A stretch of DNA of 62,594 nt, filler included. It is 11 parts of 11 records of this genome, joined end to end, with 100 filler letters (N's around TTAATTAATTAA, not from the genome) between each part and the next. Parts side by side here need not be neighbours in the genome. Positions count along the whole stretch, not along the records: positions 28,711 to 34,503 come from SRR31156797_79533; positions 34,604 to 40,079 come from SRR31156797_79567; 9 more parts are not named here. One strand, written 5' to 3'. The translations under genes were made by a program, and so were the position numbers. The notes under the pieces are model-generated. The model saw only the letters and a list, made by a program, of their open reading frames with translations. It did no database searches and had not been told where the DNA came from. Below are positions 29,018 to 39,858 of the stretch, piece by piece (the first letter of the stretch is position 1; each line of letters opens with the position of its first letter).

Positions 29018-31684
29018 CTAAGCCTCCAGTTTACGTTTAACCGCTTTTTCCTGGTAACTTTCAATGATATCACCTTCTTTGAAGTCAGTAAAGGAATCGA
29101 TGTAAATACCACATTCAAAACCTTCTTTAACTTCCTTAACATCATCTTTGAATCGTTTCAATGATGACAAATATCCCTTGAATATTTCTTCACCCTCACG
29201 GAGTATCCGGATGGTTGTATTTCTTTTCATGATACCGCTAAGGACGATGGATCCTGCGATCACACCGATCTTAGATATCTTGATCAGCTGGCGTACCTCA
29301 GACGTACCCAGGATCTCCTGAACCTTATCGGGTTCAAGCAGTCCCTCAAGTGCCAGACGTACATCTTCAACTGCATCGTAGATAACGGTATAGTTTCTGA
29401 TCTCAACACTAAGCTCTTTAGAACGTTCCAAAGCTTTACCTGTAGCATTGACATGGAAACCGACAATTACGGCGCGTGAAGTGGATGCCAGGTTAATATC
29501 TGATTCATTTATCATACCGATACCGCGGTGAAGCACTTTAACGGCAACTTCCTTGGTCGATAATTTCATGAATGAATCCGCTAAAGCTTCAACTGAACCG
29601 TCTACATCACCCTTGATGATAAGGGCAAGTTCTCGTGTGCGTCCTTCGGCGATCTGACGTCCGATCTCATCCAAAGTTTGTAGAGACTGAGCTCTGAATT
29701 CCTGTTCGCGCTGAATGATCTGACGTTCGTTCGCAATACGACGAGCTTCTTTTTCATCAGCCATCACAATAAAACGATCACCGGATTGCGGTACGGAATC
29801 AAAACCCTGTATCTGTACGGGATCTGCCGGTAAGGCTTCTGTGATCCGTTCACCGTATTCATTCATCATGGCTCGAACCTTACCTGCGTAGAGTCCAGTG
29901 ATGAAGGGATCCCCAACTTTCAGGGTTCCCCTGTTGATCAAAACCGTTGCAATAGCACCCAGTCCTTTATCAAGCTGTGATTCGATCACAACACCTCTGG
30001 CATAGCCTTCCCGTGTTGATTTCAGTTCCAGCACTTCGGCTTCAAGCAAAATAGCTTCAAGCAAAGCATCCATATTTAAACCTGTCTTGGCAGAGACTTT
30101 AACTGACTGTACAGAACCGCCCCAGTCTTCAACCAAAACATTCATTTCAGATAGTTCACGTACAACTCTGTCGGGATCAATATCAGGTTTATCCATTTTA
30201 TTGATCGCGATGATCATCGGTACACCGGCAGCCTGCGCATGGTTGATAGCTTCTTTTGTCTGAGGCATGACGCCATCATCAGCAGCAACCACAACAACCA
30301 CAATATCAGTTGCTTGTGCACCACGAGCACGCATGGCCGTAAAAGCCTCGTGACCCGGAGTATCAAGGAATGTAATACGTTTTTCACTTGCGGTCTTAAC
30401 ACTGTAAGCACCAATATGCTGTGTAATACCGCCCGATTCACCTTCAACGACTTGGGCTTCACGAATATAATCCAAAATTGAGGTTTTACCATGATCAACG
30501 TGTCCCATAACGGTCACGACCGGTGGACGTTCACAAAGTTCGCCCTCGATCTCTTCTTCTTCATCTTCGATGATCTCTTCGGTATATTCGGTCAGTTTTT
30601 TTACTTCAATTTCAAATTCCGCAGCAAGTAATTCGATCGTGTCCCAATCAAGACGCTGGTTAATGGTCACCATCAATCCCATGCCCATGCATTTCGCGAT
30701 AATATCCACAGCAGTGACATTGAAGTGTTTTGCTAATTCATCAACTGAGATAAATTCAGTGATCTCAACAATACCGCTATCAATGATCTCTTCTTCTTCG
30801 CCTTGTTTTGATTTATACTTTTTCTTTTTCGGCTTGTCACCCATAGAAGCAAGTGTTGCGCGAATGTTCTTGTTCACTTCATTCTGATCAACAACTTTTT
30901 TCTTTTTCCGTCTTTTAGTTGCTGCAGGTGTACTTGTTTCCAAGTCCTCAACATTCTTAGATTGACGGAATTTATCCAGTCTTGATTCCATTTCGGAAAC
31001 CTGGATGCGTTTTGTGGCATGTTTATGACGAGCTTTGAGTTTTTCTAACTTATTCTCAAATTGCTGGGTGTCATTCTTTTTGCCTTTATCTTTATCTTTT
31101 TTCTTTTTCTTATCGTCATCTTTTGCAGGCTTTTTAGAAGCCGCTTGTTCTTTTTTCAGGAGTTCAGCAGCTTCACGTTCGGCTTTTTTACGCTCTTCGT
31201 TTTGTTCTTTGAGCTTTTTAGACTCTTCAGCCGCCCTTTTCTTGACTTCGTCTTCTTTTGCTTTTTCAATTCTGACGATCTCAAGTTCTGCTTTTTCACG
31301 CTTTTCTTTTTTAATGACCTTAATAAGGTCCGGCTCAGGCTTAGATTCGGTTCTTACCTTAGGTTTATCTTTAAGGGAATCCAGAACTCTTGCTTCTACC
31401 TTCTTGCGTGCAGCTTCCTCTTCAACTTTTTCCTGTTCTCTTGATTTTCGACGATCTTCTTCTTCCAGACGTTTTTGTTCGCGTTTAACCATCAGGTTAT
31501 CTGCTTTTTTAACGTCTTCGGCAAAATGTTCCAGAACGATCTCTAGTATTTCGGGTTCAAGCGCCTTATTCAAAGAAGCCTCAATGTCCCGTGATTTGAG
31601 ATATTCAATGATGTCCTTATGCGAAGTGTTCAATTGCTTCGCAAGTTGGAATATTTTTACCGGTTTGTCAGCGGAAGCTGTCAT
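29018..31684 (-). CDS. infB: Translation initiation factor IF-2
   Basis: RPPVVTVMGHVDHGKT, GGITQHIGAY, FLDTPGHEAF, NKMD and KRFKDDVKEV..GFECG. Confidence 0.98.
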   Translation of the reverse strand: MTASADKPVKIFQLAKQLNTSHKDIIEYLKSRDIEASLNKALEPEILEIVLEHFAEDVKKADNLMVKREQKRLEEEDRRKSREQEKVEEEAARKKVEARVLDSLKDKPKVRTESKPEPDLIKVIKKEKREKAELEIVRIEKAKEDEVKKRAAEESKKLKEQNEERKKAEREAAELLKKEQAASKKPAKDDDKKKKKDKDKGKKNDTQQFENKLEKLKARHKHATKRIQVSEMESRLDKFRQSKNVEDLETSTPAATKRRKKKKVVDQNEVNKNIRATLASMGDKPKKKKYKSKQGEEEEIIDSGIVEITEFISVDELAKHFNVTAVDIIAKCMGMGLMVTINQRLDWDTIELLAAEFEIEVKKLTEYTEEIIEDEEEEIEGELCERPPVVTVMGHVDHGKTSILDYIREAQVVEGESGGITQHIGAYSVKTASEKRITFLDTPGHEAFTAMRARGAQATDIVVVVVAADDGVMPQTKEAINHAQAAGVPMIIAINKMDKPDIDPDRVVRELSEMNVLVEDWGGSVQSVKVSAKTGLNMDALLEAILLEAEVLELKSTREGYARGVVIESQLDKGLGAIATVLINRGTLKVGDPFITGLYAGKVRAMMNEYGERITEALPADPVQIQGFDSVPQSGDRFIVMADEKEARRIANERQIIQREQEFRAQSLQTLDEIGRQIAEGRTRELALIIKGDVDGSVEALADSFMKLSTKEVAVKVLHRGIGMINESDINLASTSRAVIVGFHVNATGKALERSKELSVEIRNYTVIYDAVEDVRLALEGLLEPDKVQEILGTSEVRQLIKISKIGVIAGSIVLSGIMKRNTTIRILREGEEIFKGYLSSLKRFKDDVKEVKEGFECGIYIDSFTDFKEGDIIESYQEKAVKRKLEA

Positions 31685-31702
31685 ACACGACTCCTAATTC
31701 AG

Positions 31703-33031
31703 TTATTCTTCTACATCTTCAGATGATTTTTCTTCATCATCAGTATTATGATCAATATCAAGCTCCGCATCTTGACTGCGTTTTTCTTCGACTGTATCGT
31801 TAATAAGCTGTTCGATCTTTTCGAAGGTCTTCTCACCGATACCCTTGATCTCAAGCAAGTCGCCCGGATCTGCATTCAGGAAGTCGGACGCGGTTTCAAT
31901 ATCCGCATCGGACAATGCATGGATCTGAGCCGATGTAATGCCCTTGATATCCTCAATGTAAATATCGTCGCCTTCGAAGCGATTGTATTCTGATTGTCTG
32001 ATAGCATCTATCTCGTAACCTGTTACGCGGCCGGCAAGATTAATGTTGATACCGCTAGACCCGATGGCCGTTGCGATCTCTTCATCATCAAAAACAGCAA
32101 GAACCGTACGGCGTTCTTCATCGATCTCAAGAAATAGCGGCTTAGCCGGTGACAATGCACGTGAAATAAGCAATTCTGATTCTGAACTGTAGTTGATAAT
32201 ATCAATATTCTCACCACTGAGCTCTTTAACGATAGCTTTGATGCGGCTTCCTTTAATACCGACACAAGCACCCACGGCGTCAATTCTTTTATCATTGGAT
32301 TCTACAATGATCTTAGAACGTTTACCGGGTACGCGTGCAATAGAGCGGATCTCAACGATGCTGTCAAAGATCTCAGGTACTTCAAGTTCAAAAAGACGGC
32401 GCAGGAACGAGTCATCGGCACGTGTGATGATGATCTCGGGACCGCGTGTGGTCATCTTGACCTCTTTGATGATCGCTTTGATCGTATCACCGCGATAATA
32501 ATGTTCCGTCGGGATCTGTTCCGGACGAGGCATTTTCAACTCGGTTTTGTCAATATTGACATATACCGCATCGTTTCTGCGGATCTGATGGATATTACCC
32601 ATAACGATCTCACCAACACGATTTTGATATTCTTCAAAGACCTGGTTACGTTCAACTTCTCGGATCTTTTGTCCCAGAACCTGCTTTGCAGCAGAGATCA
32701 TGCGGCGTCCGAAAATATTCGGGTCAATGACCTTAACGACGATCTCGCCAACTTCAGGGTCATCTACATCCGGCAGTTCAGCCGCTTCTGTCAGCGGAAT
32801 TTCTGCTGCTTCATCATCAAGATCTTCGTCAGCAACGACTGTCAGTTCCTGATAGATCTCGATCTCGCCCTTGTCGGGGTTTACGATAACATCAAAGTTA
32901 TCAACCTCGCCGTATTGTTTTTTAATAATGGTATCAAAAACCTTTACGATGATCTCACCCACTTCTGAGCGATTGATACCTTTTTCTTTGGCTAGGTTAG
33001 CAAATGCTTCAATAAGATGTCTACTATCCAA
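31703..33031 (-). CDS. nusA: Transcription termination/antitermination factor NusA
   Basis: FGRR..SAAKQ, LFELEVPEI, DAVGACVG.KGSRI and C-terminal HhH-like repeats. Confidence 0.97.
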   Translation of the reverse strand: MDSRHLIEAFANLAKEKGINRSEVGEIIVKVFDTIIKKQYGEVDNFDVIVNPDKGEIEIYQELTVVADEDLDDEAAEIPLTEAAELPDVDDPEVGEIVVKVIDPNIFGRRMISAAKQVLGQKIREVERNQVFEEYQNRVGEIVMGNIHQIRRNDAVYVNIDKTELKMPRPEQIPTEHYYRGDTIKAIIKEVKMTTRGPEIIITRADDSFLRRLFELEVPEIFDSIVEIRSIARVPGKRSKIIVESNDKRIDAVGACVGIKGSRIKAIVKELSGENIDIINYSSESELLISRALSPAKPLFLEIDEERRTVLAVFDDEEIATAIGSSGININLAGRVTGYEIDAIRQSEYNRFEGDDIYIEDIKGITSAQIHALSDADIETASDFLNADPGDLLEIKGIGEKTFEKIEQLINDTVEEKRSQDAELDIDHNTDDEEKSSEDVEE

Positions 33032-33047
33032 TTGTATATCTCCTAGT

Positions 33048-33494
33048 TTACCATTTTAAGCGAACTACGGCGGACACCACGTTTTCCATGGGTATCCGAA
33101 TGCTCGTCAATTCTTTTTTTATTTTTACCGTGAGACTTAATACACCGCCCTCGACCGATTCGATCGTACCTTTAATGGGACTTTTGTGGTCTTCACAAGT
33201 ATGTTCCAATTCAACATCGCGATCAATGTTCTTCTTAAAGTGATGTACCTTCGTCAATGGCATATCAATACCCGGCGATGATACTTCTAAACGGTAATCG
33301 ACCGCATATTTTTCATCGAACTCAGTATTCTTCAGTATTGATCTGCTCAAAGACACCAGCTCAGAGGATGATATCCCCTTTTCGGTATCGCAAATAACCT
33401 TGATCGTACCACCTGTTTCGGATAGTTTGATATCCTCTACTAAGAATCCCGATCCTTCCACGATGTCTGTAATAAGCTTCTTTATCTCATTCAT
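33048..33494 (-). CDS. rimP: Ribosome maturation factor RimP
   Basis: YRLEVSSPGIDMPL; first gene of the rimP-nusA-infB-rbfA operon. Confidence 0.93.
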   Translation of the reverse strand: MNEIKKLITDIVEGSGFLVEDIKLSETGGTIKVICDTEKGISSSELVSLSRSILKNTEFDEKYAVDYRLEVSSPGIDMPLTKVHHFKKNIDRDVELEHTCEDHKSPIKGTIESVEGGVLSLTVKIKKELTSIRIPMENVVSAVVRLKW

Positions 33495-33508
33495 ATTTCA
33501 TTGTCCTC

Positions 33509-33541
33509 AAAAAACGAAAAGTGGGTATTTACCCACTTTCG
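33509..33541 (-). promoter_or_regulatory. rimP-leader attenuator hairpin
   Basis: Minus strand CGAAAGTGGGT-AAAT-ACCCACTTTTCG followed by TTTTTT, immediately before the rimP RBS. Confidence 0.7.
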
Positions 33542-33644
33542 CGCCTAATATATGTATATCACCGGCTTTGTGCAAGGATTTTCGGCAGATAATTTGTAAT
33601 AAAATTAAGCATTTATGTGCGATATATTTCTTTTCCCATAAAAA

Positions 33645-33672
33645 GTACGGAACGGTTTTAAACCGTTCCGTA
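33645..33672. repeat. REP-like palindrome (GTA(C/G)GGA family)
   Basis: GTACGGAACGGTTT-T-AAACCGTTCCGTA. Confidence 0.65.
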
Positions 33673-33702
33673 TGAATCTAAATTTAATTTTAAATAAAAT
33701 GA

Positions 33703-34365
33703 TCAGCGTTTGGCTAAAGCTTCAACTCTTAGTTTTTCGGCATCGCTCAACTCAAGCGTTCCAAGATAAGTGACAACATCATCAAGCTTTTTGCTGTCTT
33801 CAGCATCCACAAATGCTTCCCCGGCACGTAGTCCAAGTGATACTTTTTCTGATTTTCCTAAAGCCTTCTTAGCAGCTTTAAGGTAGTTTTCACCGGCAGA
33901 CAACATATCGCCATTACGGTAATAATAGGTTCCGATCAACTGGTGAGCGCTTGCTTTCAGGGCAGGATCATTAACATCCGATTTTACGAACTTTTCGAGA
34001 TAATCAAGTGTTTCTTCTTCGGGATTACCCAAGTTTTGTGAAACCAGGCCAAGGTAGTAATATGAACGTTTAGCCCAATCATTACGCTTGTATTGTTCAG
34101 CTACCAGCAGAAATTGGTCTTCAGCTTCCGGCAATTGGCCCTTGTTATAATAGTCCAAAGCAATACCAAAATTACCTGATGCTTTTACATTTTGCTGTTT
34201 AACGACAGCTTTTCCACCAAAGAATCCTGCAAAGCCCACAACAAGCACTGCAATGATCGCTATCAGCAAAATCTGATGTTTTCTGAAAAAATCAATAATA
34301 TGAGCCACTTCTTCGAAAAAAGGATCTTCGTTCAGCTCTTTTTTAGTCATATGTTTTTGTGACAT
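33703..34365 (-). CDS. Membrane-anchored tetratricopeptide repeat protein (YfgM-like)
   Basis: MSQKHMTKKELNEDPF, a single TM helix and TPR-like helices; start chosen at the ATG with AAAGGT RBS. Confidence 0.75.
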   Translation of the reverse strand: MSQKHMTKKELNEDPFFEEVAHIIDFFRKHQILLIAIIAVLVVGFAGFFGGKAVVKQQNVKASGNFGIALDYYNKGQLPEAEDQFLLVAEQYKRNDWAKRSYYYLGLVSQNLGNPEEETLDYLEKFVKSDVNDPALKASAHQLIGTYYYRNGDMLSAGENYLKAAKKALGKSEKVSLGLRAGEAFVDAEDSKKLDDVVTYLGTLELSDAEKLRVEALAKR

Positions 34366-34413
34366 CTTATACCTTTCGTTTAAATCTTCTGTATCTGTGC
34401 AATGTAATCTATT

Positions 34414-34441
34414 GTACGGACGCAATGCATTGCATCCCTAC
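34414..34441. repeat. REP-like imperfect palindrome
   Basis: GTACGGACGCAATGCATTGCATCCCTAC, closely similar to 57447-57474. Confidence 0.7.
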
Positions 34442-34474
34442 TCCCACACACTCCGCACCCCTATACTTCTTTTG

Positions 34475-34503
34475 TACCCCCGGCCCGATTCGAACGGGCG
34501 ACC
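34475..34503 (-). tRNA. 3' portion of a tRNA gene (anticodon lost at contig break; isotype undetermined)
   Basis: Minus strand GGTC-GCCCG-TTCGAAT-CGGGC-CGGGGGT-A: T arm, acceptor 3' strand and discriminator. Confidence 0.8.
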
Positions 34504-34603
34504 NNNNNNNNNNNNNNNNNNNNNNNNNNNNNNNNNNNNNNNNNNNNTTAATTAATTAANNNNNNNNNNNNNNNNNNNNNNNNNNNNNNNNNNNNNNNNN
34601 NNN

Positions 34604-34809
34604 GGACGGCCAAGTATTTTGTTGGTCCCTTTGGTGGCGTATTCGAGGCCCATTTTAAAACCGGTCAGGGATTGCTTGGTATAAGCTTCATAAGGGCCGG
34701 TAATCCCTACGACGCGGGCGATCTTGATCGGTTCCGCGGCCAGGGCCGAGGCCGCCGCCAACATAAAGGACAGGACGATAAGAACACTTAAAACTTTCCT
34801 TGCTTTCAT
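34604..34809 (-). CDS. ABC transporter substrate-binding protein (branched-chain amino acid/aromatic acid type), N-terminus only
   Basis: Signal peptide followed by AEPIKIA...TGPYEAY....GFKMGLEYATKGT. Confidence 0.8.
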
Positions 34810-34917
34810 CAGTACCTCCTAAAATCCGGCCCTGCGCCTGTTATTTTTTTGCAGGGCCTTGATTATGTTTTGCCTCTTGAACCCTGGCAGCTTCCGGTTT
34901 TTATTACCGGTCGCGGC

Positions 34918-36435
34918 CTATCCGTATAACTCACGCAGCCTGGTTTTCAGGACTTTCCCGGCCGCATTCCTGGGCAGGATGTCGACAAAAACCACGCTTT
35001 TAGGAACCTTGTATTTGGCCAAACGCGTCTTGAGATAATCGAGAATTTCCTGTTCGCTCAGGCTTTCCCCCTTCTTAAGGGCTACAACGGCCCGACCCGT
35101 TTCCCCCCACTTTTCATCCTTGACGCCTATTACAGCCGTTTCCGATACCTGGTGCAGCTCGTAAATCGCATTCTCAACTTCAGCGGGATAAACATTTTCC
35201 CCGCCGGAAATGAACATGTCCTTTTTGCGTTCCACAATATAAATACATCCGTCGTCATCCATGCGGGCCAGGTCGCCGCTGTGAAACCAGCCGCCGGCAA
35301 ATGCTTCTTCCGTGGCTTCAGGCCTGTTCCAGTACCCCTGCATAAGGTTGGGGCCGCGCATGATCAATTCCCCGACGCCGCCCACAGGCAGGTCGTTCAT
35401 TTCGTCATCGACAATTCTGACATCAAGGTGAAAAACGGCCCGGCCGATGGATCCGGCTTTTGAAAGGGCGAATTCCTCTCCCAGGGTGGCGATGCTTGGC
35501 GCGGCTTCGCTCATGCCAAAACCTTGTTGTATGGCCACTCCGGCTTTATGGTATTGTTCCACCAGGCTGACCGGCAGGGGCGCACCGCCGCTCATGACGC
35601 AACGAACCGATTTAAAGGCGTCGGCCGAGAATTCGGGATGCTGAATGAGGAAGAGAAAAATTGCCGGCACGCCGAAAAACAGGGTTATTTTTTCTTTCAC
35701 CAACAGATTAAGGCAATGCTTGGGATCGAAAGTTCGCATGATAACCACGGTTGCGCCGTGATAGAGCATGGGCAGGGTGAAGAGCCCGATGCCGCCGATA
35801 TGGAACATGGGCAGAACTAAAAGGTCGCGGTCATTGGATGTAAAGTCGATCGATTCCAGGTTAAGGACGTTCCAGAAACTCGCTCCCTGGCTCAGCACGG
35901 CGCCCTTGGGGCTGCCGGTGGTGCCGGCCGTGTACATGATGATGTGAGGCGAATCCAGGTCCGGCGTCCTTTCAGGAGCCGGCTCGACGTCAGGTTGTGC
36001 GGCCAGTAGTTTGTCGTATACCCGTGAATCCAGAACTGTTTCTCCGCCCAGCACAATTGTATTTGAAAACTTGCCGGTTTTAACCAGGTCGCCGGCCAGT
36101 TCGGATAATTCAGGGTCAAATATAAGGGTGGATGCGCCGCTGTCGCCGACAATGAAGCCAAGCTCATTGGCGGTCAGTCTCCAGTTTAGAGGGACGAGCA
36201 AAAGGCCCAGTTTGGCCGAAGCCATTATGACTTCGACAAATTCAAGACAATTGTAGGACAAAATGGCCAACCGGTCGCCGTATTCAAGCCCCATGCCGGT
36301 CATGGCATGGCAGAGCTTGTTGACGCGGCGGTTAAGCTGCTTGTAGGTCAGCCTCCTGTCTCCATCCACCAGGGCTTCCTTGCCCGGCGTCAGGAATTCC
36401 CTTTTGGTCAGCCAGTATCCGATTCCATGCTCCAT
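34918..36435 (-). CDS. Acyl-CoA synthetase (AMP-forming, long-chain/aromatic acid--CoA ligase)
   Basis: YTAGTTGSPKG, QGFGMSE, WFHSGD, ISGGENVYPAEVE and LPRNAAGK. Confidence 0.92.
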   Translation of the reverse strand: MEHGIGYWLTKREFLTPGKEALVDGDRRLTYKQLNRRVNKLCHAMTGMGLEYGDRLAILSYNCLEFVEVIMASAKLGLLLVPLNWRLTANELGFIVGDSGASTLIFDPELSELAGDLVKTGKFSNTIVLGGETVLDSRVYDKLLAAQPDVEPAPERTPDLDSPHIIMYTAGTTGSPKGAVLSQGASFWNVLNLESIDFTSNDRDLLVLPMFHIGGIGLFTLPMLYHGATVVIMRTFDPKHCLNLLVKEKITLFFGVPAIFLFLIQHPEFSADAFKSVRCVMSGGAPLPVSLVEQYHKAGVAIQQGFGMSEAAPSIATLGEEFALSKAGSIGRAVFHLDVRIVDDEMNDLPVGGVGELIMRGPNLMQGYWNRPEATEEAFAGGWFHSGDLARMDDDGCIYIVERKKDMFISGGENVYPAEVENAIYELHQVSETAVIGVKDEKWGETGRAVVALKKGESLSEQEILDYLKTRLAKYKVPKSVVFVDILPRNAAGKVLKTRLRELYG

Positions 36436-36454
36436 TTTGATATCCCCCGGCTGC

Positions 36455-37030
36455 CTACGAATAGATTTTTTTCATGACATGGGCCATGTTCCGGGAAAAG
36501 TTTTCAACCGTGGCCAGGCCTTCCTGGTCCTGGTCTGCATCCCTCGATCCGCCGGCCCCGGCCATGCCCACATTCCAGTATGTGGACCCGGGAACCGTAA
36601 TGCCGTTTATAAAAAACCAGAGAAGAAGCTGGGAAAAAGCCACGTTGTGCCCGGCCCTGCGGGCCACGGTAATGGGGCCGCCGACTTTGCCGGTAAAAAA
36701 GCGTTGATTCCAGATGGCCACAAAAGTGGCCCGACTGAGCAGGGACATCATTTGCGGGGCTACTGAAGAAAGGTACACGGGGGAACCGAGGATGATGCCT
36801 TCGGCCTCGCGCATCTTGGCCAGTATATCCGCGAAGTCGTCATCCTCCTGGGTGCATTTGGCCGCCTTGACGCATTCGTAGCACCCCCGGCAAGGTTTTA
36901 TGGTTTTGCCCTGCAAGGATACAAGTTCCGTGTCAAGGCCTGCTTCATCAAGGGTTTCCAGGGCCCTGCGGACATATTGCAAGGTGTTGCTTTGGGGCCT
37001 CAGACTGCCCGCAATGCCTAATACTTTCAT
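36455..37030 (-). CDS. Iron-sulfur flavoprotein (Isf)/NADPH-dependent FMN reductase family
   Basis: [27 protein letters not shown] and ARRAG. Confidence 0.85.
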   Translation of the reverse strand: MKVLGIAGSLRPQSNTLQYVRRALETLDEAGLDTELVSLQGKTIKPCRGCYECVKAAKCTQEDDDFADILAKMREAEGIILGSPVYLSSVAPQMMSLLSRATFVAIWNQRFFTGKVGGPITVARRAGHNVAFSQLLLWFFINGITVPGSTYWNVGMAGAGGSRDADQDQEGLATVENFSRNMAHVMKKIYS

Positions 37031-37839
37031 TTATTTTCCTCATTCAGCAATGAAGACGTATCTTCGGATGTGGTCAATGAGCCGTCTTTTAATTGCTTTT
37101 TCATTAGTTCCGGAAAGAAATCATGCTCCAGGCAATGGCTGAATCTCTCGCTTTCCACTTCAAGCCCTTTTTCAATCGAACCGATTCTCGAAGCCTGCAC
37201 GGCGGATTTGGCCAGGGAAAGAGCGTACTGCGGATTCTTAAGAACCGGAGTTAGCAGACTTTCCACGCCTTCCTTAAGTCGATCAGCTTTCACGCATAAA
37301 TTGACCAATCCAAGTTCTTCGGCTTCCCTGCCTTTATACAGCTTGCCGGTCAGGATCATTTCCATGGCTAGGCCGGTCCCCACCAGCCTGGGCAGCCTCT
37401 GGGTTCCTCCGCCGCCAGGAATCAGGCCGACCTTAACCTCGGGCAGCCCGATCCTGGCGTTTTCGGAAGCGACCCGTAAATCGCACGAAAGCGCGAATTC
37501 ATAACCTCCCCCGAAACAAAGGCCGTTTATGGCGGCGACGGTAATCAATGGGCTTTGTTCTATACGGTTAAAAAAGTTTTGGATTTTTGTTGAAAACTCC
37601 CCGGCTTGTTTCGGCGAAAGCTTCATCATTTCAATGCCGTCAGCCCCGCCGATAAAATAGGAGTCTCCCGCCCCGGAAAACACGACCGCCCTGGATGCGG
37701 ATTTATCCGCCATGTCCAGAAAGCTCGTGATTTCCATCATCAGCTCTGAGTTTATGGAATTCCTGTCCTGTATGCGATTGATATTAACCCACAGAATATC
37801 GTTTTCAGCCTTGACTTGTAAAGATTTAAAATCGTCCAT
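37027..37839 (-). CDS. Enoyl-CoA hydratase/isomerase
   Basis: [17 protein letters not shown] and [24 protein letters not shown]. Confidence 0.92.
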   Translation of the reverse strand: MDDFKSLQVKAENDILWVNINRIQDRNSINSELMMEITSFLDMADKSASRAVVFSGAGDSYFIGGADGIEMMKLSPKQAGEFSTKIQNFFNRIEQSPLITVAAINGLCFGGGYEFALSCDLRVASENARIGLPEVKVGLIPGGGGTQRLPRLVGTGLAMEMILTGKLYKGREAEELGLVNLCVKADRLKEGVESLLTPVLKNPQYALSLAKSAVQASRIGSIEKGLEVESERFSHCLEHDFFPELMKKQLKDGSLTTSEDTSSLLNEENK

Positions 37840-37854
37840 GCCCTGAACCCCTTG

Positions 37855-38601
37855 TTATATAACCAGGCCGCCGTTGGGGCTAAACACCTGGCCGGTGAAA
37901 AAGTCGGATTCGGGACCGGCCAGGAATGCCGCCAGGCCGGCTGCTTCTTCGGTTTCGCCCAATCTTTTGAGCGGAGTTTTCTTTATTATGTATTCCCGGA
38001 ATCCTTCAGGAAGAGAGTCCAGCATTGGAGTGTCTATGTATCCTGGTGCGATCACATTTACCCTGATATTATGTTTGGCCGCTTCCACTGCCAGGCTTTT
38101 GGCCAGCATGTTCACGCCGCCTTTTGCTGCGCTGTACCCTATGGCGCCGGGCGTGGGGGTCAATGAAGCAACCGAGGAAAAAAGAATAATGCGGCCGCCG
38201 CCGTTTTCGATCATCCACTTAACGGCTTCGCGGCAGCAGAAAAATGTTCCGTCAAGATTAACGCTTATCAGGCGCCGCCAGTCTTCGTCGTTTATCTGTT
38301 CAAGGAATTCGGTTCCGCCCATAACCGCGGCCGTGTGCACCAGCAGATCGATCGAATCGGCCTCCTGCCGCATGTTTTGAAACAGCGTCCTGACTGATTC
38401 ACTGTCGGCGACGTCTACATAATAACTGTTTGCTTTAAAGCCCCGGGCCTGTATTGCCGCCGCCGTTTCATCCGCGCCTTTTTCATCAATGTCGGCTATA
38501 TAGACGTCGATTTCCATTTGAGCCAGGGTCCGGGCGATTACTCGTCCCATGCCGGAAGCCCCGCCCGTGATCAGAGCTGTTTTTACTTTTCTTGTTTTCA
38601 T
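37855..38601 (-). CDS. SDR oxidoreductase (FabG-like)
   Basis: TGGASGMG, YSAAK, IAPGYIDTPM and TGQVFSPNGG. Confidence 0.9.
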   Translation of the reverse strand: MKTRKVKTALITGGASGMGRVIARTLAQMEIDVYIADIDEKGADETAAAIQARGFKANSYYVDVADSESVRTLFQNMRQEADSIDLLVHTAAVMGGTEFLEQINDEDWRRLISVNLDGTFFCCREAVKWMIENGGGRIILFSSVASLTPTPGAIGYSAAKGGVNMLAKSLAVEAAKHNIRVNVIAPGYIDTPMLDSLPEGFREYIIKKTPLKRLGETEEAAGLAAFLAGPESDFFTGQVFSPNGGLVI

Positions 38602-38604
38602 TGT

Positions 38605-39351
38605 TTAAATATCCCGTTGTTTAAAATAAACATGCTCCGGTTTTTCCGTGGGAAAGATAATCAGGTTGTCCGAGTCGAATTGCCGGAGCATCCCCTCGGC
38701 TACGTCCAAGGGCGTATCCATGAACGTTTTGTATTTTTCTATGACCGGGGCCATTTCATCGGCTCCCGGAGAAACCTTGAAGAATTCGGTGTCGGTAATA
38801 TGGGGGCAAGCGGCCAGGATGCGAATTCCCGTTCCGGCCAGATCCCTGGCCAGGCCTCTTGAAAAGCCAACCAGGGCGTGCTTGACGGCCACGTACGCCG
38901 AAACCTTGTCGGAATGGGCGATCAACCCGCCAATGGAAGCGATGTTAAGTATGGTTCCCCTGTTTCTGTCCATCATGTGTGGAAGAACTTCCCGGGTGAG
39001 TAAAACCGGGGCCATGAGGTTGACTTCCAGCAGGGACCGCCAGTCATCTTCCGTGGTTTCCATGAATTGCCCGTATGCGCCAAGCCCGGCGTTGTTGACA
39101 AGGATATCTATGTTTCCCCAACGATTGATTGTTCGGTCCACAATTGATCTTCGGCATTGAGGGTCGGTGATGTCCCCGACAACAGAAATGGTTTCTCCGG
39201 GGCACTGTTCAGCTTGGGCTTCAAGTTTTTCTTTTCGCCTGGCATTAAGGGCCACGCGGCATCCCCTGGCTGAGAGCAATTTAGCCAAAGCGGCGCCTAT
39301 CCCGGAGCTGGCCCCGGTGACGACGGCTGTTTTGCCGTTGAACTCGGGCAC
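38605..39351 (-). CDS. SDR oxidoreductase
   Basis: TGASSGIG, NNAG and YVAVK; GTG start at 39351 preceded by AGGAGG. Confidence 0.88.
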   Translation of the reverse strand: MPEFNGKTAVVTGASSGIGAALAKLLSARGCRVALNARRKEKLEAQAEQCPGETISVVGDITDPQCRRSIVDRTINRWGNIDILVNNAGLGAYGQFMETTEDDWRSLLEVNLMAPVLLTREVLPHMMDRNRGTILNIASIGGLIAHSDKVSAYVAVKHALVGFSRGLARDLAGTGIRILAACPHITDTEFFKVSPGADEMAPVIEKYKTFMDTPLDVAEGMLRQFDSDNLIIFPTEKPEHVYFKQRDI

Positions 39352-39384
39352 GGAATTCCTCCTGAGCAATACTGCATTATGTTA

Positions 39385-39440
39385 TTCTGATATATGAACC
39401 ACCTGTCAGAAATATTGAAGGAACCAGTTGAAACTGTCAA
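39385..39440 (-). promoter_or_regulatory. Putative sigma70 promoter with adjacent inverted-repeat operator
   Basis: Minus strand TTGACA-N17-CAATAT, immediately followed by TTCTGA-N15-TCAGAA (39385-39411). Confidence 0.55.
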
Positions 39441-39858
39441 GTGTAAATTTGGGGTTAAACAACTTTTTTATTTAAAGCCAGCTTGAGACCGGAAGCGTCC
39501 AAGTTATATTTTAATTATATTTTCAGCCGTTTTAATTACGGCATACTTCTTTTGATATTTAGGCGGGGGTTTGCCGAACCTGCTTAACAAGGGAAAGATT
39601 AGAATATTTTGAAAGGTCAAAAATGAGGCCGGACGCGGCGGCGACCGATATTTTTATATTTAATGACAGGAAGTTATAAGGCTGTTGAATGCAAATCCAA
39701 AATCAATGTCTGTTTGGCGGGTTTGATTGCCGCTGATTGGAACGGTATAAAGGCGAACAGCCCCAAAACTGGTAGGCGGCTCGCTTATCTCATTAAATCG
39801 CTAACTTAGGCTCTCCTAATTCAGCCTGCGAAGCTTCCAATCTTAATAGTGAAGCTTG

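Noticed and set aside
31035-31697. Ser/Phe-rich plus-strand ORFs
   Set aside because: Reverse complement of the Lys/Glu-rich IF-2 N-terminus.
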